In this document: positions 39,737-48,666 of the stretch, piece after piece | Layout: every line of letters begins with the position of its first letter | Numbering within the stretch: the stretch's first letter is position 1 | DNA from: Planctomycetota bacterium | GTDB lineage: Bacteria > Planctomycetota > UBA8108 > SXIK01 | Length of the DNA: 64,000 nt | Reading direction: 5' to 3' | NCBI GenBank assembly: GCA_965223265.1 | Contig: OZ244999.1 | Coordinates: 6,400,001 to 6,464,000 of the forward strand | The notes under the pieces: generated by a model | Told to the model about the DNA's origin: nothing | What the model saw: the letters and a program-made list of their open reading frames with translations, nothing else | Database searches by the model: none | Translations under genes and position numbers: made by a program

Positions 39737-40831
39737 ATGGAATTCAGCCTCTTCTACTTTGCCGACCATGGGGCCGCCCACGATCACGATCAGGGGAAGT
39801 ACCACCTGATTATGGAGAGTGCAAAATGGGCAGATGAGAACGCGTTTGTGGGACTCTGGACGCCCGAACGCCACTTCCACGCATTCGGTGGACTCTCACC
39901 AAACCCTTCCGTTCTGGGAGCCGCGTTGGCGGCGACGACGGAGAGGATCCACATCCGCTCCGGGAGCGTCGTGCTGCCTCTTCACGATCCCATCCGGGTC
40001 GCTGAAGAGTGGGCCGTGGTCGACAATATCTCCGATGGTCGAGTCGGCCTGGGTGTGGCCTGTGGTTGGGTGCCAAATGATTTCGTCATCTCGCAGAGTC
40101 AGGCAAACTTCGACAACCGAAAAGAAGTCTTCGCCCAGAATGTCACGACTCTCAGAAAGCTCTGGCGAGGCGAGACGGTGTCGGTGGTCAATCCGCAGGG
40201 AAACACGATCCAGGTCCAGACACTTCCTCGCCCGGTACAAGCGGAAGTCCCTGTGTGGATTACGGCCGCGGCCAATCCAGACACCTTCCGGCAAGCGGGT
40301 GAAATGGGGACGAACCTGTTGACCCATTTACTGGGTCAAACGATGAAGGATCTGGCCCAAAAGGCGGCCATATACCACGAGGCGTGGGCAGACTCAGGAC
40401 ATCCTGGAAGAGGAACTCTGACGGTGATGCTGCACACGTTCGTGGGCGACGATGATGAAGAGGTGCGTGACATCGTCAGGGAGCCGATGAAGAAATACTT
40501 GGGCAGCTCCCTCAATTTGGCGAAGGCGCACCTGGCATCGGTACCCTTTCTCAAAAACACTGGCTCCCTCGACCCCACCTCCCTGTCTGCTGACACCGTG
40601 GACGAGATGTTGGAGTGCTCTTTCGGACGCTATTTCGAAACGGCCAGCCTACTTGGCACTCCTCAAAAGTGCTTGGGCATGGTCGATCGACTCGCGAAGA
40701 TCGGCGTGGACGAGATCGCCTGCCTGGTCGACTTTGGAGTCGATACAGACACGGTCTTATGCAGTCTCGGGAATCTGAACGAAGTCCGCGACCTTGCTCA
40801 TACCGCGCCGATTGCCCGAGCGTCCGTATGA
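39737..40831 (+). CDS. luciferase-like monooxygenase (MupA/Atu3671-type LLM), stand-alone
   Basis: FSLFYFA, WTPERHFHAFGGLSPNPSV, GSVVLPLHDPIRVAEEWAVVDNIS, NLLTHLLGQ, DEIACLVDFG. Confidence 0.9.
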   Translation: MEFSLFYFADHGAAHDHDQGKYHLIMESAKWADENAFVGLWTPERHFHAFGGLSPNPSVLGAALAATTERIHIRSGSVVLPLHDPIRVAEEWAVVDNISDGRVGLGVACGWVPNDFVISQSQANFDNRKEVFAQNVTTLRKLWRGETVSVVNPQGNTIQVQTLPRPVQAEVPVWITAAANPDTFRQAGEMGTNLLTHLLGQTMKDLAQKAAIYHEAWADSGHPGRGTLTVMLHTFVGDDDEEVRDIVREPMKKYLGSSLNLAKAHLASVPFLKNTGSLDPTSLSADTVDEMLECSFGRYFETASLLGTPQKCLGMVDRLAKIGVDEIACLVDFGVDTDTVLCSLGNLNEVRDLAHTAPIARASV

Positions 40832-41168
40832 TGGACTCGATCGTTCCCTTGCGTTGCTCACGGGGCTGACGGCATCGCCGCTCGACGGACGCGACAAGAG
40901 ATAAGAAAAGCGCCTCGCACAGCTCGCGATCGCGCCGTCCCGACGAGGGGTCGCGTCTCAGGAGCGATACCACCGTCGTCTCAGCTCTCCCTGTGCTTGC
41001 AATCCTTGACACGGCTTGATAATGGTCCACGGGACCTATGAAGACCCAAGCGGTCAGACTTCTTGACCGGCGCCGAGGCTGTGAAATCCTCGAGTGTCTC
41101 CCGCCTCGACGCTCCGCAGTTGGGATCGAATTGGCGAATCTGCGAAGCCTCGGCAAGTGAAGAGAGCG

Positions 41169-43427
41169 ATGACAATCGAAGAAGACTTTGATGTGGGGTT
41201 CGCGGCACGCCTCACGAGCGAAGAGAAGCAGATTCAGCAAAACTACCGCCCAATCATCGGTGTGCACAAGTGGTTCGCTCGGCGACCGGGCTCTCTGTTG
41301 CGGGCTCTCCTCGTGTCTGAGTTCTCTCCGAACCGCAAGCTCTCCGAAGCATACTTCGAGTCGCACTCGTTTGACGACTTAACGATCGGCGACCCATTCA
41401 TGGGCGGAGGCACGACGCTCTTCGAGGCGAATCGACTCGGATTCAATGTCATTGGAACTGACATCAATCCGATGGCTTATTGGGTCGTTCGTCAAGAGCT
41501 TGCCCCACTCGATCTCCAAGTGTTTCGAGAGACCGCTGAGACCGTCATTCAAGACGTAGAGCGCGAGATTGGTGAATTCTACACCACAGAATGCCTCGAC
41601 TGTGGCGCATCGGTGCCCGTTAAGTACTTCTTCTGGGTAAAAACCCACAAGTGCCGGTCTTGCCGAAAAGACCTCGACCTGTTTTCCAGCTACCTGATCG
41701 CCAAGAACTCTCGACACACTCACTTCGTGCTTCACTGCCCGAGCTGTCAACGTCTAACGCAATCTGTTGAGCTTCCGAAAGAGGGAACGAGCGCAAAGTG
41801 CGGAGAGTGCGGATACCGGTTTGCCTGGCGTCAAGGGAACGCCACACGCAATCGATACCGCTGCTCCTGTGGGCATGTGGGCGAGTATCCGGCCGAACTG
41901 AGAGAAGAGGGACCGCCCAGGCACCGACTCTTCGGCATGGAGTACTTCTGTCCGAGTTGCCGAGGTACTCGTTCGGGCAGATGGTTCAAGACCGCTGACA
42001 GCGCTGACACGGCTCGGTTCGAGGCCGCCTGGAATCGACTTGACGAACGCACCGATCTGCCCTGCCCCGACGCGGAGATTCTCGACGGCGACGAGACGAA
42101 ACGGCTCCATCGCTGGGGGTACGAACGCTTTCGAGACATGTTCAACGAGCGTCAACTCTATTCACTCGGGCTTCTGCTTGACCGCATCGCCTCAGTTCCC
42201 GACGAAGAGGCCCGAAGCGCCCTGGCGACTGTCTTCTCCGATTTCCTGCGCTATCAGAATATGCTCTGCCGGTACGACGTGTGCGCACTCAAGTGCCAAG
42301 ACATTTTTGCCGTACACGGATTCCCAGTGGGCTTGGTCGAATGTGAAAACAACGTCCTCGGCGTACCGAAAGTTGGGAGCGGCGGCTTCCGACATTTTGT
42401 GGAGAAGTTCGTTCGAGCCAAAAACTACTGCGAGGAACCTTTTGAGACGATCAAGAGAGGAAATCGAAAAACGATTGTGAAGATCGCGGGCGAGCGAATC
42501 GAAGCCCGCTTCGTCAAGACCCCAGGGAGACTCAAAGGAGGACGCAAGGCTCTCATCAAGTCGGGCTCCTTCACTGAAGTGCGTGCGAAACCGGGCTCGC
42601 TGGACGGGATCTTTACCGACCCGCCCTATTTCGACAACGTTCAGTACGCCGAACTTATGGACTTCTGCTACTCGTGGCTCAGGCTGCTCCTGAAAGACGA
42701 CACGAGTTTCGCATCGACGTACACGCGTTCTCCAAACGAGCTGACTGGGAATGTAACGTCGGGGCGCGATCTCGAACACTTCACCGCTGGACTGTCGTCT
42801 GTGTTCACGACAGCCGCTGAGAGCCTGAAGACTGGCGCACCATTCGTGTTTACGTACCACCACAATGACGTCAGCGCCTATGTCCCCGTCGTCGTGGCAA
42901 TCCTGGACGCCGGCATGCGCTGCACAGCGACGTTAGCGGCTCCCGCCGAAATGAGCGCTTCGCTGCACATCAACGGCACCGGTTCCTCAGTAGTGGACAC
43001 AGTGGTCGTCTGTCGGAGAACGGCGCAGCCCACTTCCGCTGCCGGCGTGGGACACAAAACCCTCCTGCGCTGGCTTGCCGACGACCAGCGCAAGCTCCGT
43101 TCTGGGGGTGTGAGGTGTACCCAAGGCGATTTGTGCTGTCTGGCAATGGGTCACGTGGCGCGGGTGTCGGTTGGTAAGCTGGGTGATCAGTGGAATCGGA
43201 AACTACCAACCAAGGAAAAAATGATTGCTGCGGAACGCTCGCTACAGTCCCTTGTGAGGCGATGCGACGTGCAAGGAATCGTGCGGGCTCTCTTGGACGA
43301 GGCGGCCTTCGTAGGGACGTCCGAGCAAACGCTCGTAGAGGAGAGCAGTGCCGCCAACGTTCGCCGGCACTCCCGACCTCGCGGACTTATTCGCTGCGAA
43401 TCCTCAGGTGGGACACTCAAACCCTAG
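41169..43427 (+). CDS. amino-DNA methyltransferase with Zn-ribbons (DUF1156/COG1743-like)
   Basis: HKWFARRPG, motif I DPFMGGGTT, several CxxC pairs, motif IV TDPPY, FTYHH. Confidence 0.9.
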   Translation: MTIEEDFDVGFAARLTSEEKQIQQNYRPIIGVHKWFARRPGSLLRALLVSEFSPNRKLSEAYFESHSFDDLTIGDPFMGGGTTLFEANRLGFNVIGTDINPMAYWVVRQELAPLDLQVFRETAETVIQDVEREIGEFYTTECLDCGASVPVKYFFWVKTHKCRSCRKDLDLFSSYLIAKNSRHTHFVLHCPSCQRLTQSVELPKEGTSAKCGECGYRFAWRQGNATRNRYRCSCGHVGEYPAELREEGPPRHRLFGMEYFCPSCRGTRSGRWFKTADSADTARFEAAWNRLDERTDLPCPDAEILDGDETKRLHRWGYERFRDMFNERQLYSLGLLLDRIASVPDEEARSALATVFSDFLRYQNMLCRYDVCALKCQDIFAVHGFPVGLVECENNVLGVPKVGSGGFRHFVEKFVRAKNYCEEPFETIKRGNRKTIVKIAGERIEARFVKTPGRLKGGRKALIKSGSFTEVRAKPGSLDGIFTDPPYFDNVQYAELMDFCYSWLRLLLKDDTSFASTYTRSPNELTGNVTSGRDLEHFTAGLSSVFTTAAESLKTGAPFVFTYHHNDVSAYVPVVVAILDAGMRCTATLAAPAEMSASLHINGTGSSVVDTVVVCRRTAQPTSAAGVGHKTLLRWLADDQRKLRSGGVRCTQGDLCCLAMGHVARVSVGKLGDQWNRKLPTKEKMIAAERSLQSLVRRCDVQGIVRALLDEAAFVGTSEQTLVEESSAANVRRHSRPRGLIRCESSGGTLKP

Positions 43428-43495
43428 ACGCACGCTACCGCTTGCTGCACCTCGCGCTGTCCAGAATGCGGCCCAGCCTTCCCAGGGTCACCGGC

Positions 43496-43534
43496 GAAAA
43501 GAAAAAGGACTTGGTCGTCCCAAGTCCCTTTTCC
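43496..43534 (-). terminator. intrinsic terminator downstream of tRNA-Thr (possibly bidirectional)
   Basis: ggacttgg-tcgtc-ccaagtcc hairpin, A-rich on the left and T-rich on the right. Confidence 0.75.
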
Positions 43535-43545
43535 GTCGAAGTATC

Positions 43546-43621
43546 TGGAGCCACCTACCCGACTCGAACGGGTGACCTGTTCATTACGAATGAACTGCTC
43601 TACCAACTGAGCTAAGGTGGC
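43546..43621 (-). tRNA. tRNA-Thr(CGT)
   Basis: GCCACCTTAGCTCAGTTGGTAGAGCAGTTCATTCGTAATGAACAGGTCACCCGTTCGAGTCGGGTAGGTGGCTCCA; cloverleaf, anticodon CGT, encoded CCA. Confidence 0.97.
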
Positions 43622-43874
43622 TTGCTTTCTCTTTTGGGCGCGGAAGCTCTCCGCGCGGCAGTCGTCGGGCACGCTATACGCTCGCCACGCGAGTCGACAG
43701 CACCGGTGAGCTTTCTACCGGAATCCGTAGGGCGATGCAACTCTACACCCTGCGGCGGGACGGGTTGACGCGGCTGCCGCATCACGGGCAGGAACCGGCA
43801 GACAAAGGCACCCCTCTCCGTTACCATTCAGGGCTCGCCCTCTCAGCCGAAAACAGCGCCCGGAGAGCCGTTCT

Positions 43875-44756
43875 ATGGAGAAACTCATCATCACCGTCAC
43901 GTGCGACTGCACGATGGCGTACCCCAGCAATCCGCACAACCCCACGCCGAAAGGCTATGACGAGGTCGCGCGCGAATACGTGCGCTCAATCGGAGCTGGC
44001 GCCAGCATCTGCCATCTTCATGGCCCCTACACGATCGACGAGGAAATCCAGGCAGATGGCACGCGACTCTCGGATCTCGACATCCCCGGGTGGGCGAAAT
44101 TGAAGCAGGACATCCTCGACGGCGGCGATGCCATCATTCAATACGGCATCGCCAACGGCCGCTTTCCGCAGCGCAAGGACCTTTTACGCGACCAGCGTCC
44201 CGACATGGTGTCGGTCTGTTTCAACGCGCATGACGAGTGCTTTGACTACGAGCCGCCCAACGAGCCTGTTGAACTGTACGGCCTTCACGACCGCGACGAG
44301 CTGACAGAGTACTGCAAGCTGACGCGCGAGCTCGGCGTCACCATCGAAGCCGAATGTTTCCACTACGGCGGTGTCTGGAACGCGCAGCGCATGATCAGCC
44401 AGGGTCTCTTGGCGCAGCCAACTTGGATCACGTTCTTTCTCGGCTGGCGCGGCGGCTGCTATACACCCCCGACGCCAAAGGCGATGCAGTATATGCACGA
44501 CCATTTGCCGGACGGCTTTCTCTACAACACCTCGGTGATGGACCCCGACCACCACTGGCGGATCCTCACCATGGCGATCCTTCTCGGCGGCCACGTACGC
44601 GTTGGCATGGAAGACAATCCTTTCTTGGGCCCCGGTGAGTACGCCAGCTCGAATGCCGAACTGGTGGAGAAGATCGTGCGGATCTCGCGCGAGCTCGGCC
44701 GTGAGATCGCAACACCGGACGAGGCGCGACGGATCATTTGGCCGCAGGGGCGATAG
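43875..44756 (+). CDS. beta-keto acid cleavage enzyme (Kce/DUF849 family)
   Basis: KLIITV, GASICHLH, GGHVRVGMEDN, SNAELVE, REIATPDEAR. Confidence 0.9.
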   Translation: MEKLIITVTCDCTMAYPSNPHNPTPKGYDEVAREYVRSIGAGASICHLHGPYTIDEEIQADGTRLSDLDIPGWAKLKQDILDGGDAIIQYGIANGRFPQRKDLLRDQRPDMVSVCFNAHDECFDYEPPNEPVELYGLHDRDELTEYCKLTRELGVTIEAECFHYGGVWNAQRMISQGLLAQPTWITFFLGWRGGCYTPPTPKAMQYMHDHLPDGFLYNTSVMDPDHHWRILTMAILLGGHVRVGMEDNPFLGPGEYASSNAELVEKIVRISRELGREIATPDEARRIIWPQGR

Positions 44757-44915
44757 CAGCCCGTTGAAAAAGTCATTCGGCCGAGAAACCGGCCTCTTCA
44801 CGCCCAGCTCGACCGCGTCAATACTCGAAAATCTCGGAGATTACCTGCGTTTGCCGCGGCCGATCTGGACGCGAAGAGACCAGTTTTCGGCTCGAAGCAC
44901 TTTTTCAACAGGCTG
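44757..44915. mobile_element. MITE-like fold-back element A, full copy (159 bp), inverted
   Basis: cagcccgttgaaaaag...tttttcaacaggctg; ATAG on both sides, the left one containing the kce stop codon. Confidence 0.88.
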
Positions 44916-44979
44916 ATAGGCGCGCTTCTCCGACTCCTCCAACTCCTCCGACATTCAAAGCGAAAGCGGAAGGAACGAC

Positions 44980-45798
44980 ATGGCACGGATCAACGCCGTC
45001 AGTTTCCACGAAGATCCGAGCGTCGAATCGGTCTGCCGCAAGGTCATCGCCGCCGGTTTCGATTCTCTCGAGCTCTCCCGACCGCCGTTCTATGACAAAC
45101 TGACGACTTCGGGGACGCGTGAGCGCTTCGCCGCGTGGGCTCGCGAGCTTGGGCTCAGTCTCCACGGCTTCGACTGCTGGGTGGAAGTTGAGCCATACAC
45201 CGACTTCCAGGCGACTCTCGACGACTTCGCGCGAGCTGTCGACTGGGCTGCCGACCTATATCTCGGCCTACTCATTAGCCACGACCCTTGGGCGAAAGTG
45301 AACGGCGACCGAAGTCCGAGCTCGTGCCTTGAAGTCAACGTCGATCTCTTCCGGCGCGTCGCGGATCTCTGCAGCGCCAAAGACCTTCGGCTCGTGTTCG
45401 AGCCACACCCCGACACGCTCAGCATGGAAGACGCGTGGGCGATCGATTTCATCGACCAGGTGGCGAAGGATCAACCAGAGGCGAGTGTCGGGATCCTCTG
45501 GGACTGTTGCCACTACGGCGTCGGCCAGCCCGACAGCTACCTCAAGTCGATCGCGACGCTCGGAGATCGAATTCAACACGTCCACTACTCCGACGGCGAC
45601 GCCGAAACGTACGCCCTCCACCTGCCGATCGGCGACGGCGTGCTTGACCTCCCAAGCATCGTCAAAGAGCTGCAGCGCATCGGGTACGGCAGCTCTCTGA
45701 CGAACGACCTTTTCAACTACCCCCTTCTTGAGGACGGTGCGAAGCGAAACGTCGCAAGCATCCGCGAAGTCGAACGCAGCCTCGGACTCGCGCCTTGA
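44980..45798 (+). CDS. sugar phosphate isomerase/epimerase (xylose isomerase-like TIM barrel)
   Basis: GFDSLEL, FEPHP, WDCCH, HVHYSD, HLPIGDGVLD. Confidence 0.85.
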   Translation: MARINAVSFHEDPSVESVCRKVIAAGFDSLELSRPPFYDKLTTSGTRERFAAWARELGLSLHGFDCWVEVEPYTDFQATLDDFARAVDWAADLYLGLLISHDPWAKVNGDRSPSSCLEVNVDLFRRVADLCSAKDLRLVFEPHPDTLSMEDAWAIDFIDQVAKDQPEASVGILWDCCHYGVGQPDSYLKSIATLGDRIQHVHYSDGDAETYALHLPIGDGVLDLPSIVKELQRIGYGSSLTNDLFNYPLLEDGAKRNVASIREVERSLGLAP

Positions 45799-45840
45799 GT
45801 GGCGCGCCCCCGCACAATCCTCCACGCGAACTGGCCAGCG

Positions 45841-46923
45841 ATGAACGAAAACCACGCAGACAACACGAACAACACCGAGTCAGACATCCACCTTGAGCCA
45901 GACTTCATCCTCGATGCGGCGACTCGCGCCTTCGTGGCCGCCGGATCAAACCCCGAAGCGGCGGCCATCGTTGCCGACCACCTCGTCGAAGCAGAGCTCT
46001 GCGGCGTCACGTCGCACGGCATCATTCGCATCCCCCAATACCTCGACGCAATCGACTCCGGCAAAGTGAACCCCGCAGCGGAGGTGACGGTTCGACGCGA
46101 CGAACGCGCCACTTCGGTACTCGATGGCAATGGCGGCTTCGGCCAGGTGATGGCACACGCGGCGATGGAACGAGCCCTCGACAAAGCCGAGGAGTACGGG
46201 GTCGGTGCGGTGACACTCGTGCGCTGCGGCCACACCGGCCGCCTCGCTAGCTACACCCTGCAAGCCGTCAAACGCAGCATGGCGGGCATCATGCTGGTCA
46301 ACACGGGCGGACATGGCCAATGGGTGGCGCCCTACGGCGGCATCCAAGGGCGGCTGTCGACGAATCCTTTCAGCTTCGCGCTGCCGCGTGCTGACGGTGA
46401 CCCGATCGTCCTCGACATTGCGTCGTGTGCCGCACCCGAGGGTAAGGTCCGCGCGTATCAGGCGGCAGGCAGAACTCTGCCTGCCGGCTGGCTGGCAGAT
46501 CACACCGGCCGTCCGAGTACCGATCCTGCCGATCTCTATGGCCCTCCTCGCGGCACACTTCAGCCCCTCGGCGGACACAAAGGCTTTGGCTTGGCAATGA
46601 TTGTTGACCTGCTCGCTGGTGCTCTTTCAGGTGCCGGCGTCTGCTCGGATCCGGACGCCCCACTCGGTGGCGACACTGACGGGATCTTGATGATCGCTCT
46701 GCGCATTGAGTCGTTCTGCCCGTTCGCGAGTTTCTCGAGCCTCGGAGATCAACTCGTCGCCCACGTCAAGAGCGCCGCGACCGCACCCGGCGTCGACTCC
46801 ATCTACTTTCCCGGTGAGATCGAAGCCAACAACCGACGCCGGAGCGTGGCGAATGGCATTCGGCTGGCGAGCTCGACTTGGGAACTGATCCGCACGGCCC
46901 TCGCCGGACGCGGTGTCTTGTAG
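45841..46923 (+). CDS. Ldh_2 family (malate/L-lactate/sulfolactate-type) oxidoreductase
   Basis: SHGIIR, DGNGGFGQ, HTGRL, STNP, GGHKGFGL, YFPGE; alternative GTG start at 45799. Confidence 0.9.
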   Translation: MNENHADNTNNTESDIHLEPDFILDAATRAFVAAGSNPEAAAIVADHLVEAELCGVTSHGIIRIPQYLDAIDSGKVNPAAEVTVRRDERATSVLDGNGGFGQVMAHAAMERALDKAEEYGVGAVTLVRCGHTGRLASYTLQAVKRSMAGIMLVNTGGHGQWVAPYGGIQGRLSTNPFSFALPRADGDPIVLDIASCAAPEGKVRAYQAAGRTLPAGWLADHTGRPSTDPADLYGPPRGTLQPLGGHKGFGLAMIVDLLAGALSGAGVCSDPDAPLGGDTDGILMIALRIESFCPFASFSSLGDQLVAHVKSAATAPGVDSIYFPGEIEANNRRRSVANGIRLASSTWELIRTALAGRGVL

Positions 46924-47019
46924 CTCTCAAGAGACTGGCCGATTCGCGTTGTTGGCGAGTTCGACTGATGTGAAAAAGAGGAGACGTCAGAAGTTCGACC
47001 GAACCGCCGCCCATGGTAA

Positions 47020-47390
47020 CCCGCGTCCCCCACGCCCACGCACTCTCACCCTACAGTTGCATAAATTTCTCGCCGGAAGATCTCGGAAGCTCTTGTTCTA
47101 CGGCTCGATCCGCGGTTGTGGGACGTCGCGGCAGACTTCACGTTTGGTGAGGTTTCCCGGAGTGCCTGCTCTACCGCCAACGCGCACCCACACACCCTCA
47201 CACCCGCACTCTCTCACGCCCACCCGCTCACGCCCACGCACTCGCCCTCCCACTCGCTCACGGTCTTGAAGTGTTTCTCTTTTGCAACATTGGGGTCTCA
47301 CTCCGAGTCTCACTCGCCCACGCCCACCCACACGCAATCGCAATCGCGACCCCGCACGGCTCAGAACCGCTTCCTTTCGCAGAATCGGGG
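47020..47390. repeat. CA-rich hexamer-repeat module related to 14424-14765
   Basis: cccacgcactctcac arrays; ttgcaacattggggtct; cacgcaatcgcaatc block. Confidence 0.6.
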
Positions 47391-47468
47391 CAGGAAAACG
47401 CCGCCCAATCCACCCGAAGATCAGGAAAACCCTGATGGTGGCGCGCGCAAAGGGTCCCTAGGATGACA

Positions 47469-47612
47469 TTGAAGCCGCAACGAAGAGCCTGGCTTCAACG
47501 CTGCGCTGCACCGCATTTGACCGCACCGAGCGCGAGTTCAGCTGCAGCACTTAACTGTGCCCCACAACTGCCCCGAGGTCGGTTGGCTTCCCCGCCAGCC
47601 GGCCTTTTTTTT
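47469..47612 (+). ncRNA. candidate small RNA or leader
   Basis: 5' hairpin ttgaagcc...ggcttcaa and strong 3' terminator; no convincing ORF. Confidence 0.3.
47577..47612 (+). terminator. intrinsic terminator with C-rich loop
   Basis: ggtcggttggc-ttcccc-gccagccggcc followed by T8. Confidence 0.8.
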
Positions 47613-47857
47613 GGCACGGAACGATGAAGTTCCACGGCACGGGACCGTCTTTTCGGTGCTGTCAGGCTGCGGTGGACGTGACGCCTCAGTTGACGTATCT
47701 TCGTCGGCGCCGCTCGCAGAACGAGGCATCTGAGTTGACGACGGGACGGAGAAGACACGGCGACCGTGGGAGCCGAAGGTCGGAGACGAAGCAAGGGCTG
47801 TCGTCAAGGCGTTCCTGCAGCCCCATCAAATCCTTGCAGATCCCATAGAGGCGCCTC

Positions 47858-48610
47858 ATGAGCCTGCACGACGACCACACCCCCGAAGCGATCCGCAGGC
47901 GACTGAACCTGCGCCCAAAACAGACGTACCTGCGCGATTTCGTCTACGGCTCGGTCGACGGCGTCGTGACGACGTTCGCAATCGTAGCGGGTGTCGCCGG
48001 TGCCGGCTTGGCGCCGGGCATCGTTGTCGTTCTCGGGATCGCGAACGTGCTCGCCGACGGATTCAGCATGGCGGTCAGCAACTTCCTCGGCACGCGAGCA
48101 GACGAACAGCTCCGGGACGAGGCGAGGCGCGTCGAAAGGAATCACATCGAAACCGTGCCGGACGGCGAGCGCGAAGAAATCCGGCAGATCTTCGCCGCCA
48201 AGGGTTTCGAGGGCGAGGATCTTGAGCGCGCGGTGACGGTGATCACCTCCGACGTCGAACGCTGGGTCGACACCATGCTCAAAGAGGAGTTGGGACTCAC
48301 TCTTCACGGCCCGTCGCCTTGGCTAGCCGCCACGTGGACATTCGTGGCCTTCGTGCTCGTCGGCTTCCTGCCTCTGACCAGCTACGTGGTCGGCGTGGCC
48401 TCGCCGGGGCTCGTTGAGTCGCCTTTTCTCTGGAGTAGCGTGCTCGCGGCGATCGCGTTCTTCTCGATCGGGGCGATCAAAAGCCGCTTCGTCCAGCAGC
48501 ACTGGTCGGCGGCCGGTCTCGAGACGGTCGCGGTCGGCGGGATCGCTGCGGCACTGGCGTACGTCGTCGGCTATCTGCTTCGCGATCTGGTCGGCCCCCT
48601 CGGAGCTTGA
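47858..48610 (+). CDS. VIT1/CCC1 family Fe/Mn transporter
   Basis: [47 protein letters not shown]. Confidence 0.93.
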   Translation: MSLHDDHTPEAIRRRLNLRPKQTYLRDFVYGSVDGVVTTFAIVAGVAGAGLAPGIVVVLGIANVLADGFSMAVSNFLGTRADEQLRDEARRVERNHIETVPDGEREEIRQIFAAKGFEGEDLERAVTVITSDVERWVDTMLKEELGLTLHGPSPWLAATWTFVAFVLVGFLPLTSYVVGVASPGLVESPFLWSSVLAAIAFFSIGAIKSRFVQQHWSAAGLETVAVGGIAAALAYVVGYLLRDLVGPLGA

Positions 48611-48666
48611 CAGCGTGTTGACGCTGAGGATCGCTTGTCGCGAGCGACCACCTGTCCACACCCACG

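Noticed and set aside
39108-43545. Intact integrative element at tRNA-Thr
   Set aside because: No integrase and no duplicated tRNA 3' end found by eye; the tRNA retains an adjacent terminator
47400-47857. Known yybP-ykoY or NiCo riboswitch, 6S RNA or SRP RNA
   Set aside because: Could not match their consensus by eye on the sense strand; kept only as an unclassified candidate
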